A stretch of DNA of 64,000 bases. It comes from Bacteroidota bacterium (GTDB taxonomy: Bacteria; Bacteroidota; Bacteroidia; NS11-12g; UBA9320). Made by a program: the position numbers and the translations under genes. Below are positions 49,596 through 60,090 of this stretch, piece by piece; position 1 is the stretch's first letter; every line of letters starts with the position of its first letter. The notes under the pieces were generated by a model. That model was not told the origin of the DNA, made no database searches, and saw nothing but the letters and a program-made list of their open reading frames with translations. The stretch lies in the NCBI GenBank assembly GCA_002746305.1, contig NVWV01000008.1, forward strand, positions 125,353 through 189,352, given 5' to 3'.

Positions 49596-50393
49596 TGAGG
49601 AAATGATTCCAATGAGTCCCACTGCCCAACAGTAATAAGCAAAATAAGACAGCTTACTCTTTTTCACTATTTCTATCATCCATTTACAAGCAAAGTATCC
49701 AGCAACAAGAGCTGCAACAAATCCCGCTAGTATCGTAGAATCAAGAATTAAGGCACTTGCTTGTTCAGCAACCGAAAGATCAAAATAATCTTTAAACTCT
49801 TTTGCCATTGCTCCAAAAATGAGGGGCAGTACCATTAAAAAACTAAATCGTGCAGCTTTTTCTCTATCAATACCTAGCATTACAGCTGAAGCTATAGTAC
49901 TTCCACTCCTACTTATACCTGGCATAATTGCAATTGCTTGCACCACACCAAGAATAAAAGCATCTTTAAACGTTACAGGTCCTACAGGATTTTTAGCTCT
50001 ATCTGAAAAGAATAAAATGACACCTGTAATAAGCAACATAATACTTACTAGGAATACATTGCCATTGTAAAAGTGATCTATGTGATCCTTTAACAGCATT
50101 CCTACAAGTGCTGCGGGAACCATAGATATTATAACCAGTAGACCAAACTTCGTCTCATCATTCCACTTAAACTGGAATAAGCCTTTAAAGATTTGAACGA
50201 TATCTTTCCATAAAACAATGATGGTACTTAAGGCAGTTGCAAAATGAAGTACAATAGTAAAAAGCAATCCTGCTTCTTTTTCTTCAATCCCAAAGATTGC
50301 TTTGCCTAATTCAATATGACCGCTACTACTTACCGGTAAAAATTCGGTAAGACCTTGGATGATTCCAAGGATAATGGACTCAATTAAAGTCAT
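49587..50393 (-). CDS. uppP: undecaprenyl-diphosphate phosphatase
   Basis: IIQGLTEFLPVSSSGH BacA signature. 8 TM. Confidence 0.8.
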   Translation of the reverse strand: MTLIESIILGIIQGLTEFLPVSSSGHIELGKAIFGIEEKEAGLLFTIVLHFATALSTIIVLWKDIVQIFKGLFQFKWNDETKFGLLVIISMVPAALVGMLLKDHIDHFYNGNVFLVSIMLLITGVILFFSDRAKNPVGPVTFKDAFILGVVQAIAIMPGISRSGSTIASAVMLGIDREKAARFSFLMVLPLIFGAMAKEFKDYFDLSVAEQASALILDSTILAGFVAALVAGYFACKWMIEIVKKSKLSYFAYYCWAVGLIGIISSLV

Positions 50394-50632
50394 TATTTGG
50401 GTTTCTTCATAATAGCATATATTTCTATTATAAAGCCTCCTATTACTACAATTGGAGCCAAGGTAATTCTTCTAAAATCATCAATATCGCCTTCAGCACC
50501 AGACATTAAGATAAAACCTAATACAATTACCGCAAAGCCAATAATCATCCACTTATAGTTTTGCTTATCAAATACAAACTGTGATTTCACTGTATTTTGA
50601 GCTTCTGTATTATTGCTTTTATCCTTTGACAT
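50393..50632 (-). CDS. DUF3098-like small membrane protein
   Basis: 79 aa, 2 TM. Conserved position between ftsX and uppP. Confidence 0.45.
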   Translation of the reverse strand: MSKDKSNNTEAQNTVKSQFVFDKQNYKWMIIGFAVIVLGFILMSGAEGDIDDFRRITLAPIVVIGGFIIEIYAIMKKPK

Positions 50633-50636
50633 AGTA

Positions 50637-51518
50637 TTAATTGTATAAGTTATCCGAATCTAAATTTAAATATTTTCTAGTCGCTAAGTGTGTTGAAACA
50701 TATATCACAACCGAGCCACCAATTAGGAGCAAAAATAACATCAAAATGTATTGATACCAGTTTTCTGTAAAATGATACCCTATTGCTCTCATATTTAAGT
50801 CCATAGATGCATTAAGCCACGAAAAAAACATCCAGATTGTACTTACAAGTAACAGCACCCCAATGACAAAACTAATCAAGGTCCAAAACAATGCCTTTCT
50901 TTTATATGGCTTCATAATAAACTTTTCAGTCGCACCTATTAACTGTTGATTCCTTATTAAAAATCGATCAGAATAAATCAGAATCCGGATAGTATTAGAC
51001 ATAAGTACTGCTGCTATTGAGACCAATATAATACTCAATGCAATTAACCATAGACTAATTGCACGTCTATTTTCATCTATTTGTTGAAATACATTTCTAG
51101 GATAGCTCACTTCCAATATCCCCTTACCTCCAGCAAGTTCTCGCTCAAGTCGCATAAGACTTACTTCATCAGTGAACTCCTGGTTCAACGTAATTTCCAA
51201 GCTTGCGGGAAGAGGATTATCACCTAAAACTTCTACAAAATCCTCACCAATTTCATTCTTGAAATTAAAAACAGCATCTTCACTACTTACAAATTTTCCC
51301 TCATTAACAAATGGAAGTCTTTGGATACTATCGCTGATACTATGAGCCTGTTTATCCTGTAAACCAATATCAAAAAAAACCGTTACCTGAAGGTTTTCTT
51401 TGATGTGATTATTGAGTTGAGTGGCATTGATAATAAGAACCCCTAGTAAGCCAAGCAAGAAAATTACCAACGAAAGTGTAGCAATAATTGTAAAACCTCC
51501 TGGCTTAGTCCCGCTCAT
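50637..51518 (-). CDS. ftsX: cell division protein FtsX-like permease
   Basis: N-terminal TM then LQVTVFFD (FtsX itvYL-like), a periplasmic domain and 3 C-terminal TM. No ftsE adjacent. Confidence 0.55.
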   Translation of the reverse strand: MSGTKPGGFTIIATLSLVIFLLGLLGVLIINATQLNNHIKENLQVTVFFDIGLQDKQAHSISDSIQRLPFVNEGKFVSSEDAVFNFKNEIGEDFVEVLGDNPLPASLEITLNQEFTDEVSLMRLERELAGGKGILEVSYPRNVFQQIDENRRAISLWLIALSIILVSIAAVLMSNTIRILIYSDRFLIRNQQLIGATEKFIMKPYKRKALFWTLISFVIGVLLLVSTIWMFFSWLNASMDLNMRAIGYHFTENWYQYILMLFLLLIGGSVVIYVSTHLATRKYLNLDSDNLYN

Positions 51519-51615
51519 TCTACTTCAAATGTAGTTCAACTACCCTACTTAAAAATCAAGAAGATTTCCACTAAATAACCCTTGTTCTACTACCTTTGCA
51601 GCTTTCCAAAAATCA

Positions 51616-54600
51616 ATGAGTTCATACGATTTTAAAGCTATAGAAAGCAAATGGCAAGGTGAATGGTCTGCCAAAGACATTTACAAAACGACTATAGACC
51701 ACAGTAAGCCAAAGTATTATGCTTTGGATATGTTCCCCTATCCCAGTGGAGCAGGCTTACATGTCGGACACCCTTTGGGCTACATAGCTTCCGACATAGT
51801 AAGTAGATACAAACGGCTCAATGGTTTTAATGTATTACATCCAATGGGGTTTGATGCATTTGGTCTACCCGCAGAACAATATGCTATCCAAACTGGACAA
51901 CATCCCGCAGTAACTACAGAAGAGAATCTTGCTCGTTACAAGGAACAATTAAACAGAATTGGTTTTTGTTATGACTGGAGTCGAGAGATAAAAACCACTG
52001 ACCCTTCTTACTACAAATGGACACAATGGATTTTTATTCAACTCTTTGAGTCTTGGTACAATGCCAAAACAGATAAGGCCGAAGACATAAACTCCTTGAT
52101 TACCATTTTCGAAAATGAAGGGAATGTAAGTATCCAACACAACGGAGATGAAGTAGAAAAATTCACCGCTGAAGACTGGGAAAATAAGAATAAACAAGAG
52201 CGAGAAGCTGTTTTACAATCCTACAGACTTGCTTTTCAAAAAGAAACTACGGTTAACTGGTGCGAAGCTCTTGGTACTGTTTTAGCAAATGATGAGGTCA
52301 AAGATGGTTTATCTGAAAGAGGTGGACATCCAGTAACTCAAAAACTCATGAAGCAATGGTACTTGCGTATCACCGCCTATTCTGACCGTTTACTCGAAGG
52401 ACTAAACAGAATAGATTGGACTGATAGTATCAAAGAAACGCAACGCAACTGGATAGGAAGAAGTGAAGGAGCCAGTATCCAATTTAATCTCATAGGTTCA
52501 AAATCCAAGATCGAGGTATTTACAACTAGACCTGACACCATTTTTGGTAGTACGTTTATGGTTTTAGCACCCGATCATGAACTGGTAATTGAAATTATAA
52601 CCGCTGAACAAAAAGAGGAGATTGAGGCATACGCAAAAACTGCTGCAAACAAAACAGAGCTTGAACGCAAAAAGGATAAAAAAGTAAGTGGCGTTTTTAC
52701 AGGAACGTATGCGGAGCACCCATTTACAAAAAAGAAACTACCCGTTTATATATCTGAATATGTATTAAGTGGATACGGTACAGGAGCTATTATGGCTGTA
52801 CCTGCTCATGATGAGCGAGATCATGCATTCGCAAAGAAATTTGGATTAGAGATTATACAGGTAATCGGTGGGGGTTCGGTTCGTGAGGACACGAATGATG
52901 AAGACGAAATAAACGTGCAAGAAGAAAGCTACGATGCTAAAAGTGGTCGTTTGATGAATAGCGAAAACTTTGACAGATTATCTGTAAAAGAAGGAGCTGC
53001 TGCCATCATTCAACTTTCTGAGGAACGTGGTTTTGGAACACGAAAGATAAATTTCAAACTGCGTGATGCAGGATATAGTCGTCAACGGTATTGGGGAGAA
53101 CCTTTTCCAATCATCCATCAAGATGGAATACCTACAGTAGACACTAATCTACCTACGGAATTACCGAAAGTAGAAAGCTATGAACCTACAGGTACAGGAG
53201 AAAGCCCTTTGGCTAGTAATGAAGAATGGGTAAATACCCCTTCTGGTAGGAGAGAAACGGATACCATGCCTGGATATGCGGGAAGTAGTTGGTATTTCCT
53301 ACGTTATATGGACCCCAACAACGATACTGAGTTTGCAGGAAAGGAAAGCTTGGAATACTGGAATCAAGTGGACTTGTACATAGGAGGAACCGAACATGCC
53401 ACAGGTCACTTACTGTACAGCCGTTTCTGGACTAAGTTTTTGTATGACAGAGGCTACATTCAATTTGACGAACCGTTCAAGAAACTGGTAAATCAAGGAA
53501 TGATTCAAGGGGAGAGTATGATGGCCTACCTTTTGTCAGTAAGTCTTAAAGCCAAAAAGGGAAACTTTAAAGTCTTTCAAGATGCTAAAGTAGTTAAAAC
53601 ACAGTATATACTAATCTCAAAAAACAGAATTAGCGATTTTAAAACAACCGATGATATTTTCCAAGCCAATCCATTATTTAAGAAGAGTTTTGATGATTTC
53701 ATCAAACAGGAGGAAGAAAATGCACTAAACTCCCTTAAGCCTTTTAACCAAACAGAGTATAGCTACGGAAGATTAGAACCATCAATCATATATAAGCGAC
53801 ACATTGATATTAATCTTGTAAAAAGGAACATAGTAAATTTAGATGGTCTTAAAGCAGATTCAAAATACAGCCATTTCTCAGACTCAAATATAATCACCGA
53901 GCTTGACGGTACTTTCATCTGTGAACCACAAGTCGAAAAAATGTCCAAGTCCAAGTTCAATGTTGTCAACCCAGACGACATCTGTGCGGAGTACGGAGCA
54001 GATACGCTTCGACTGTATGAAATGTTCCTCGGACCACTGGAAGATAGTAAGCCTTGGAGCACCAAAGGAATAGACGGTACACACCGTTTCTTGCGTAAGC
54101 TATGGGCATTGTTCTTTGACTTGGACGGGAACACACTGTGGAAAGATGATGAAGCGAGCAAAGACTCATTAAAAACTTTGCACAAGACCATTAAGAAGAT
54201 TACAGACGATATAAACAACTTCTCTTTCAATACTTCTGTAGCTCAGTTTATGATTTGTGTAAACGAACTAGGCAGTCAAAAATGCTCGAACAAAGAAGTT
54301 TTGGAACAGGTGCTTGTACTATTAGCTCCTTTCGCTCCTCATATCACAGAAGAATTGTGGAATGCAATAGGCAACGAAGGTTTCATTGCTGATGCAAAAT
54401 GGCCAGTGTATAATGAAAGCCATGTTGTAGAGAGTAGCAAGGTCTACCCTATTTCTATCAACGGCAAAACGAGAACAAATCTTGAATTCCCTCTTGACAT
54501 GAGCAAAGAAGACATTGAGAAAAATGTACTTGCCAATGAAGTGGTACTGAAATGGCTAGACGGCAAACCACCTAAGAAAGTAATAGTAGTACCTGGCAGG

Positions 54601-54621
54601 ATTGTGAATGTGGTGATGTAG
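51616..54621 (+). CDS. leuS: leucine--tRNA ligase
   Basis: HVGHPLGY (HIGH). KMSKSK. CP1 editing domain. 1001 aa. Confidence 0.95.
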   Translation: MSSYDFKAIESKWQGEWSAKDIYKTTIDHSKPKYYALDMFPYPSGAGLHVGHPLGYIASDIVSRYKRLNGFNVLHPMGFDAFGLPAEQYAIQTGQHPAVTTEENLARYKEQLNRIGFCYDWSREIKTTDPSYYKWTQWIFIQLFESWYNAKTDKAEDINSLITIFENEGNVSIQHNGDEVEKFTAEDWENKNKQEREAVLQSYRLAFQKETTVNWCEALGTVLANDEVKDGLSERGGHPVTQKLMKQWYLRITAYSDRLLEGLNRIDWTDSIKETQRNWIGRSEGASIQFNLIGSKSKIEVFTTRPDTIFGSTFMVLAPDHELVIEIITAEQKEEIEAYAKTAANKTELERKKDKKVSGVFTGTYAEHPFTKKKLPVYISEYVLSGYGTGAIMAVPAHDERDHAFAKKFGLEIIQVIGGGSVREDTNDEDEINVQEESYDAKSGRLMNSENFDRLSVKEGAAAIIQLSEERGFGTRKINFKLRDAGYSRQRYWGEPFPIIHQDGIPTVDTNLPTELPKVESYEPTGTGESPLASNEEWVNTPSGRRETDTMPGYAGSSWYFLRYMDPNNDTEFAGKESLEYWNQVDLYIGGTEHATGHLLYSRFWTKFLYDRGYIQFDEPFKKLVNQGMIQGESMMAYLLSVSLKAKKGNFKVFQDAKVVKTQYILISKNRISDFKTTDDIFQANPLFKKSFDDFIKQEEENALNSLKPFNQTEYSYGRLEPSIIYKRHIDINLVKRNIVNLDGLKADSKYSHFSDSNIITELDGTFICEPQVEKMSKSKFNVVNPDDICAEYGADTLRLYEMFLGPLEDSKPWSTKGIDGTHRFLRKLWALFFDLDGNTLWKDDEASKDSLKTLHKTIKKITDDINNFSFNTSVAQFMICVNELGSQKCSNKEVLEQVLVLLAPFAPHITEELWNAIGNEGFIADAKWPVYNESHVVESSKVYPISINGKTRTNLEFPLDMSKEDIEKNVLANEVVLKWLDGKPPKKVIVVPGRIVNVVM

Positions 54622-54825
54622 GTCCATCATCCATGTTCGAATAGCAGTATTTAAGCCATCCAACATCATTTTCTTTAGTATGAGACAATTAAAAGTCTCA
54701 AATGGAGTACTTGCATTAAAATAATTCCTTCCAAATGCAACCCTCTCCTATTATCCTTGTATATCATTTAAAACAACAAAGGTATTAGCACGCCCAAAGA
54801 GCATATCGTAATAATACAGCAGTGT

Positions 54826-55335
54826 ATGACAGGTAATCCTGATGCAGAGTACCAATTGTACCAACTGTATTCTGGTGCTTTGTACAACACCTGTCTGCGA
54901 ATGCTCCGATATGTGCCAGAAGCAGAAGATATGTTACAAGAGACATTCATAAAGATTTTTAAAAACTTGAAGAGTTTCAAGTTAGATTCTAATTTTTATA
55001 CGTGGACCAATAGAATAGCAATCAACAGCTGTATCAACCATCAGAGTAAGAAAGGAATAGACTATACAATGGACTATGAGCATGAAGTGGCCATGAAAGC
55101 TGCTGATGAGGAATATAATGAAGACGAAATAGAATATTCTGTAGAAATGGTGAACAGAGGGATCATGAATCTCCCCAATGGATACAGAGAAATAATAAGT
55201 TTATACCTACTGGAAGGGTATGACCACAAAGAAATAGGTGAGATACTTGGCATAAGTAACTCCACCAGCAAATCACAGTATGCCCGAGCTAAAAAGAAAT
55301 TAAAAGAACTATTATCAGCACAAGCACATGGATAA
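54826..55335 (+). CDS. ECF sigma-70 factor
   Basis: Region 2 (EDMLQETFIKIFKNLKSF...YTWTNRIAINSCINHQ). Region 4 (EIGEILGISNSTSKSQYARAKKKLKELL). Confidence 0.75.
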   Translation: MTGNPDAEYQLYQLYSGALYNTCLRMLRYVPEAEDMLQETFIKIFKNLKSFKLDSNFYTWTNRIAINSCINHQSKKGIDYTMDYEHEVAMKAADEEYNEDEIEYSVEMVNRGIMNLPNGYREIISLYLLEGYDHKEIGEILGISNSTSKSQYARAKKKLKELLSAQAHG

Positions 55336-55888
55336 TTTAGAAGATTTTATTAAAAAAAACAAAGGTGAGTTTGATTCTAAAACCCCTAGTCCAGATCTCT
55401 GGAACCGCATTAAGGAGGAACGTGAAGAAGAAAAAGTCATCCCTATAGCTACGGGCAAACGGGCTGGAATACCAATGCAAATAATGAGAGTGGCTGCAAG
55501 CTTTTTGATACTTGCATTAGCAGCTTTTGGTGGATATCAGTTACTGAATGATAGCAACAACGAAATGGATAATGAAGTTACTCTTGAGACTTCTAACCTT
55601 CCTACTGAATTAGTAGAATTGGACCAATACTACGAAAGTCAAGTAACCGTTTCATTAACTCAAATCAATCTAATTATATCTGATACTTCCATTCTAAATG
55701 AAGTAAAATCTGAATTGAAAATGCTAGATGACGAGAAGGGAAAACTATTCTCTGAATATGGAAAAGAAATGGATGACCAACAGATTGTTGAAGCCTTAAT
55801 GAATACGTATAGAATGAAACTTCAAGTTTTGGAAAATATATTATCACTTTTAAACGAAAATGAAAATGAAGCAGATTTATCAATATAG
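55328..55888 (+). CDS. putative anti-sigma factor (single-pass membrane protein)
   Basis: ATGGATAA overlap with the sigma gene. One TM (VAASFLILALAAFGGY). Coiled-coil C-terminus. Confidence 0.4.
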   Translation: MDNLEDFIKKNKGEFDSKTPSPDLWNRIKEEREEEKVIPIATGKRAGIPMQIMRVAASFLILALAAFGGYQLLNDSNNEMDNEVTLETSNLPTELVELDQYYESQVTVSLTQINLIISDTSILNEVKSELKMLDDEKGKLFSEYGKEMDDQQIVEALMNTYRMKLQVLENILSLLNENENEADLSI

Positions 55889-56930
55889 TCTAGTATGTAT
55901 CCTACTAATTAGTGTACCTACTCTTTGCTCTGCTCAGTTCAAAGACTCAAAAACTTACACCAAAGCCATTAGTCTAAGAGAGGGAGGACGACTGTCTTTA
56001 AGAAATAAACACGGGAATATAAATATTACGAGTTGGGACAAGGATTCCGTAGTGCTAACCGCAACCATAAGTGGTCGGTCTAAATCTTTAGCTAAACTGC
56101 AAGAGAGTATTGCTAAGACGAATATTAATTTTAGACAATCAGGAAACTCAGTGGATATAGCAACAGTCATATCGGAAACCTCTTTTAGCAAAGGATTGAA
56201 TCAAATTATGTCGGCAGTTGGAGTGGAGAATGAAATCACAATCAACTATGAAATAAAAGTGCCTAGGGGAATGCGAATGGCTATTACCAATAAATATGGA
56301 GATATATACCTTGACAATCATACTGGAAAGCTTGACATTGAACTGAGCCATGGTAATTTGAGAGCCAATTCACTCAAAGAAGTAAACCATCTGCGTTCAA
56401 ACTTTGGGAATATATATATCATTGAGGTTGAAAAACTAAAAGGGAATCTCCTTTTCAGTCAATTGGAAATAGAGAAAGCAGATATTTTAGACCTCTCATC
56501 CAAAAGCACAGAATATGAATTTGAAACCGTTAATCAATTGAGAATATCCTCATCCAACGACAAAATAGATATAGACGAGGTGGGAGATTTCAATCTGGTA
56601 GGGTCTCTTAGCAAAGTATCTATTGATGACTTGCTAAATTCCTCTTCCATTAGTTTAAAATACGGTAAGGTCCGCATTAAAAAAGTACACAAAGAGGTGT
56701 GTTCATTTATGGCAACTACTACACGCTGCACTTTAGAAATAGGTCTAGAAAAGGGTAGTAATAACAAAAAAATCAGTGGTATGATTGGCGAGGGGCAGAT
56801 TCAGAATGTAAATCCTGACCTCAAAATAATTTCTAAAAGTCTCAATTTGGATGCACATATAGGTGATGTCAATGCTGCGAACTGCACCTATCACTTCACT
56901 TGTCAAAAAACTAAAATTTATTTCAAGTAA
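55860..56930 (+). CDS. DUF4097-like beta-solenoid protein (putative adhesin / LiaF-YvlB-like)
   Basis: Signal peptide. Repeated GNI/GDI/GKL...I units (HGNINITSWD, GDIYLDNHTGKLDIELSHGNL, NFGNIYIIEVE). Confidence 0.45.
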   Translation: MKMKQIYQYSLVCILLISVPTLCSAQFKDSKTYTKAISLREGGRLSLRNKHGNINITSWDKDSVVLTATISGRSKSLAKLQESIAKTNINFRQSGNSVDIATVISETSFSKGLNQIMSAVGVENEITINYEIKVPRGMRMAITNKYGDIYLDNHTGKLDIELSHGNLRANSLKEVNHLRSNFGNIYIIEVEKLKGNLLFSQLEIEKADILDLSSKSTEYEFETVNQLRISSSNDKIDIDEVGDFNLVGSLSKVSIDDLLNSSSISLKYGKVRIKKVHKEVCSFMATTTRCTLEIGLEKGSNNKKISGMIGEGQIQNVNPDLKIISKSLNLDAHIGDVNAANCTYHFTCQKTKIYFK

Positions 56931-56967
56931 AATGCAACCCTACCAGATCTTCTCGGTATATGTTAAT

Positions 56968-57609
56968 ATGAGATCAATAAGAAACTATATTTCTATCATC
57001 ATCCTAGCAATCGTATCACTTAATAGTATAGATGTAAAAGCTCAAAGTAGACAAGATGAAGAGGATTATAATGCACTTTTTAAACTTAAAAACATACGAG
57101 GTTATGCAGGATTTACTGCTGGAGTTCTCAACATTGAAGGAGATAACATTACGGCTAAGACAGGAGGTTCTGTTGCTGTGATATTGAACCACCGATTGGC
57201 ACTAGGAGTAACAGGTAGTGGATTTGCTGGCTTTCAAAACACTGTTATTGATAACAAAAAGTATTCGATGGTTGGAGGATATGGAGGTTTACTTATTGAA
57301 CCTATTATATTTCCAAAGAGAGTGGTTCATCTCAGTTTTCCTATTGCATTTGGCGGTGGAGAAAATCAATACTTTAAGGACTCTTTGGGTTACCGAGATT
57401 GGGACCATAATTACAGAGACGAATTTGTCCAAGATTTCATCTACATAGAACCTGGAATAAATCTAGAATTCAATCTTACCAAGTTTATGAGATTTGGAAT
57501 CACCAGTTCATATATGTTCACCAACACAATTAACACCTCTCCCATGGACGTTACTCAGCTTGACGGATTTAGCATAGCAGCCAATTTAAAACTTGGTTGG
57601 TTTAAATAG
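56968..57609 (+). CDS. small outer-membrane beta-barrel protein
   Basis: Start re-set to MRSIRNYISIIILAIVSLNSIDVKAQ. Alternating hydrophobic beta-strand pattern with Gly-rich turns. Confidence 0.35.
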   Translation: MRSIRNYISIIILAIVSLNSIDVKAQSRQDEEDYNALFKLKNIRGYAGFTAGVLNIEGDNITAKTGGSVAVILNHRLALGVTGSGFAGFQNTVIDNKKYSMVGGYGGLLIEPIIFPKRVVHLSFPIAFGGGENQYFKDSLGYRDWDHNYRDEFVQDFIYIEPGINLEFNLTKFMRFGITSSYMFTNTINTSPMDVTQLDGFSIAANLKLGWFK

Positions 57610-57688
57610 AGTACCCCTTGTAACTTAATACTCCCTCATTCTATATACAAATAGGACACTTAACACCGATAAAATAAATCTTACCATA

Positions 57689-60079
57689 ATGAAAAAAATA
57701 ATTGCAATTGTATTGCTCATTGGAACCTCCTTGTCTGGATTTTCTCAACTTACCCAAAACATTAGAGGCTCTATAAAAGATGCGGACACCAAGACTCCAC
57801 TTATTGGAGCGACGGTTACGGTTTTCTATGGAGAGAATAAAACAGGGGGTATAAGTAATGAAGAAGGGCTATTTATTGTCAAGAATGTTCCAGTTGGAAG
57901 AATAAACATTACGGTGCAGATGTTGGGTTATGAGAACCAAATAAGAACCCAAATTGAACTGAAATCTGCAAAAGAACTCGTACTTGATTTGGAACTCCAA
58001 GAATCCTTTGCGAGTGTTGGAACAATTGTAGTGACAGGCAAGATAAGCAAGGAAAAACCACTAAATGAAATGGCTACATTAAGTGCCCGATCATTTACCG
58101 TGGAAGAAACCAGTAGATATGCAGCAGCAGCATTTGACCCTGCACGTATGGCACAAAATTTTGCGGGTGTCTCTAGTGGTGGTAACGACTTATTCAATGA
58201 AATAGTTGTGCGAGGTAATTCTCCCAAAGGTGTACTCTGGAGACTGGAAGGAATAGAGATTGCAAATCCAAATCACTTTGCAGCTGGAGGCGGATCAGGA
58301 GGAGCAATAAGCATGCTTAGTAGCAGTACACTAGGCGGTTCTGATTTCTTCACAGGAGCATTTCCTGCGGAGTACGGCAACGCTCTATCTGGAGTTTTTG
58401 ATTTACGATTGCGAAAAGGTAATAACGAGAAAAGAGAAAATTCATTTATGATAGGAGCTTTAGGAGTTGAACTATCTACAGAAGGTCCTTTCAGTAAAAA
58501 CTACAACGGATCTTACCTAATAAACTATCGCTATTCTACTTTAGGAATTCTAAATGCCGTGGGACTTAATCCAGTTGGAGATTTGCTGCCTACCTATCAG
58601 GATTTATCCTATAACTTTTACTTTCCCACCAAAAAGCTTGGTCAATTTAGCATTTTCGGTGTAATGGGTCAAAACGGTACAGAAAACTATGATGACTTTA
58701 TTGCTACTGATACTTCTGAAGAGACCAGAGATGATTACGACGGATTTACAGAAACCGGTTTTGTGAATACTACAGGCATCAAGCACATTTACAATTTTAG
58801 TAACAAAGGATATCTTAAGACAGTGGCTTCCCATTCTTACAACAAAATATCCATTTTGGATGAATCCCTCGTTATTGACACTCTAAAAAATACCGTTTTT
58901 AGATTTAATGAGGATGACATATCCAATGTAGAAACACAGGCTCGATTAAGTATGATGTTCAACTACAAATTCAATTCTAGAAATACACTTAGAGCAGGAG
59001 TTGTACTTTCTCAACTGGACTATAATTTCTTAAGTAAATTTCATGACTATGAAGACGACAGTACGTTCATCGCTTTTGATGATAAAAATAGCTCATTACA
59101 ATACCAAGCTTATGCTCAATGGAAATACAGATTAACCAAAGAGTTAACACTAAATACAGGTGTCCATCTTACTCGTTTAGGAGCGACGAGTGCCAACAGC
59201 ATAGAACCTAGAGTATCACTTAGCTATAAAGCCTCACCCAAACTTTCGGTGTCTGCATCCATTGGTAAACACTCCCGTCCAGAACATATTGCTCTTTACC
59301 TTTTCAAATCTAAAGATGCAAATGGAAATGAAACAAGACCTAATAAAAATTTAGAACTTACAAAGGCATGGCATTATGTAGTTGCAGTGGATTATAAGCT
59401 AAATCCAAATGTGCGAATCAAAACAGAAGTGTATTATCAGTCTCTTTTTGATGTCCCAATATCCATTGCATCAGGCTCTAACGTTTCTGTACTAAATACC
59501 AGTAACTACTGGGATGCCATTTTCAATAGCGACACTACTCATCTCATGAATGGTGGTACTGGGGCAAATGTTGGCTTAGACTTTACTTTGGAAAGGTTCT
59601 TTAACAAAAACTACTATTATCTTCTTACGGCGACCATATTCAATAGTTCATACAAGACAGCTACCAACAAATCATTTAGCACCAAATACAACGGAAACTA
59701 TCAGTTTAACTTACTAGGCGGAAAAGAATTTAACTTGAGGAAGAAGAATCGAAAGATTGGAATCAATGGGAAAGCAAATTTTTACGGCGGCAACCGATAT
59801 ACTCCTATCCTATTGCAAGAATCAATAGCTGAAGGTGGTACAGTAAGAGATAAAGAAAATCCATTTGGAGAACAAACTCCTCTTTACTACAGATTCGATG
59901 TAGGGTTTAGCTACAAGTTTAATAGAGCAAAATCCAACCATAGCATAATGCTGGATATACAAAATGTCTCCGCTAGAGAAAATATTGGAGGGACTTATTA
60001 CAACAGTAAAAAACAAACTATAGAAAGCTGGACTATGACGGGACTCTTTCCATTTTTCAACTACAGAATAGAATTTTAA
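57689..60079 (+). CDS. TonB-dependent receptor with N-terminal carboxypeptidase-regulatory-like domain
   Basis: Signal peptide. IRGSIKDADTKTPLIGATVTV...GLFIVKNVPVG (CarbopepD_reg). Plug (VVTGKISKEKP...SFTVEE). C-terminal aromatic ...NYRIEF. Confidence 0.7.
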   Translation: MKKIIAIVLLIGTSLSGFSQLTQNIRGSIKDADTKTPLIGATVTVFYGENKTGGISNEEGLFIVKNVPVGRINITVQMLGYENQIRTQIELKSAKELVLDLELQESFASVGTIVVTGKISKEKPLNEMATLSARSFTVEETSRYAAAAFDPARMAQNFAGVSSGGNDLFNEIVVRGNSPKGVLWRLEGIEIANPNHFAAGGGSGGAISMLSSSTLGGSDFFTGAFPAEYGNALSGVFDLRLRKGNNEKRENSFMIGALGVELSTEGPFSKNYNGSYLINYRYSTLGILNAVGLNPVGDLLPTYQDLSYNFYFPTKKLGQFSIFGVMGQNGTENYDDFIATDTSEETRDDYDGFTETGFVNTTGIKHIYNFSNKGYLKTVASHSYNKISILDESLVIDTLKNTVFRFNEDDISNVETQARLSMMFNYKFNSRNTLRAGVVLSQLDYNFLSKFHDYEDDSTFIAFDDKNSSLQYQAYAQWKYRLTKELTLNTGVHLTRLGATSANSIEPRVSLSYKASPKLSVSASIGKHSRPEHIALYLFKSKDANGNETRPNKNLELTKAWHYVVAVDYKLNPNVRIKTEVYYQSLFDVPISIASGSNVSVLNTSNYWDAIFNSDTTHLMNGGTGANVGLDFTLERFFNKNYYYLLTATIFNSSYKTATNKSFSTKYNGNYQFNLLGGKEFNLRKKNRKIGINGKANFYGGNRYTPILLQESIAEGGTVRDKENPFGEQTPLYYRFDVGFSYKFNRAKSNHSIMLDIQNVSARENIGGTYYNSKKQTIESWTMTGLFPFFNYRIEF

Positions 60080-60090
60080 AACATATAATC

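Noticed and set aside
53763-54230. 155-aa antisense ORF plus two smaller ones inside leuS.
   Set aside because: Fully nested antisense to a highly conserved coding region. Typical spurious ORFs of AT-rich genomes.
54630-54650. gttcgaat string after leuS, resembling a tRNA T-loop.
   Set aside because: Flanking sequence lacks acceptor and anticodon stems. No GGTTCGAATCC core.
54670-54689. Hairpin tgagac-N8-gtctca after leuS as a possible terminator.
   Set aside because: Only a 6-bp stem and no downstream T-run. Kept out of the features list.
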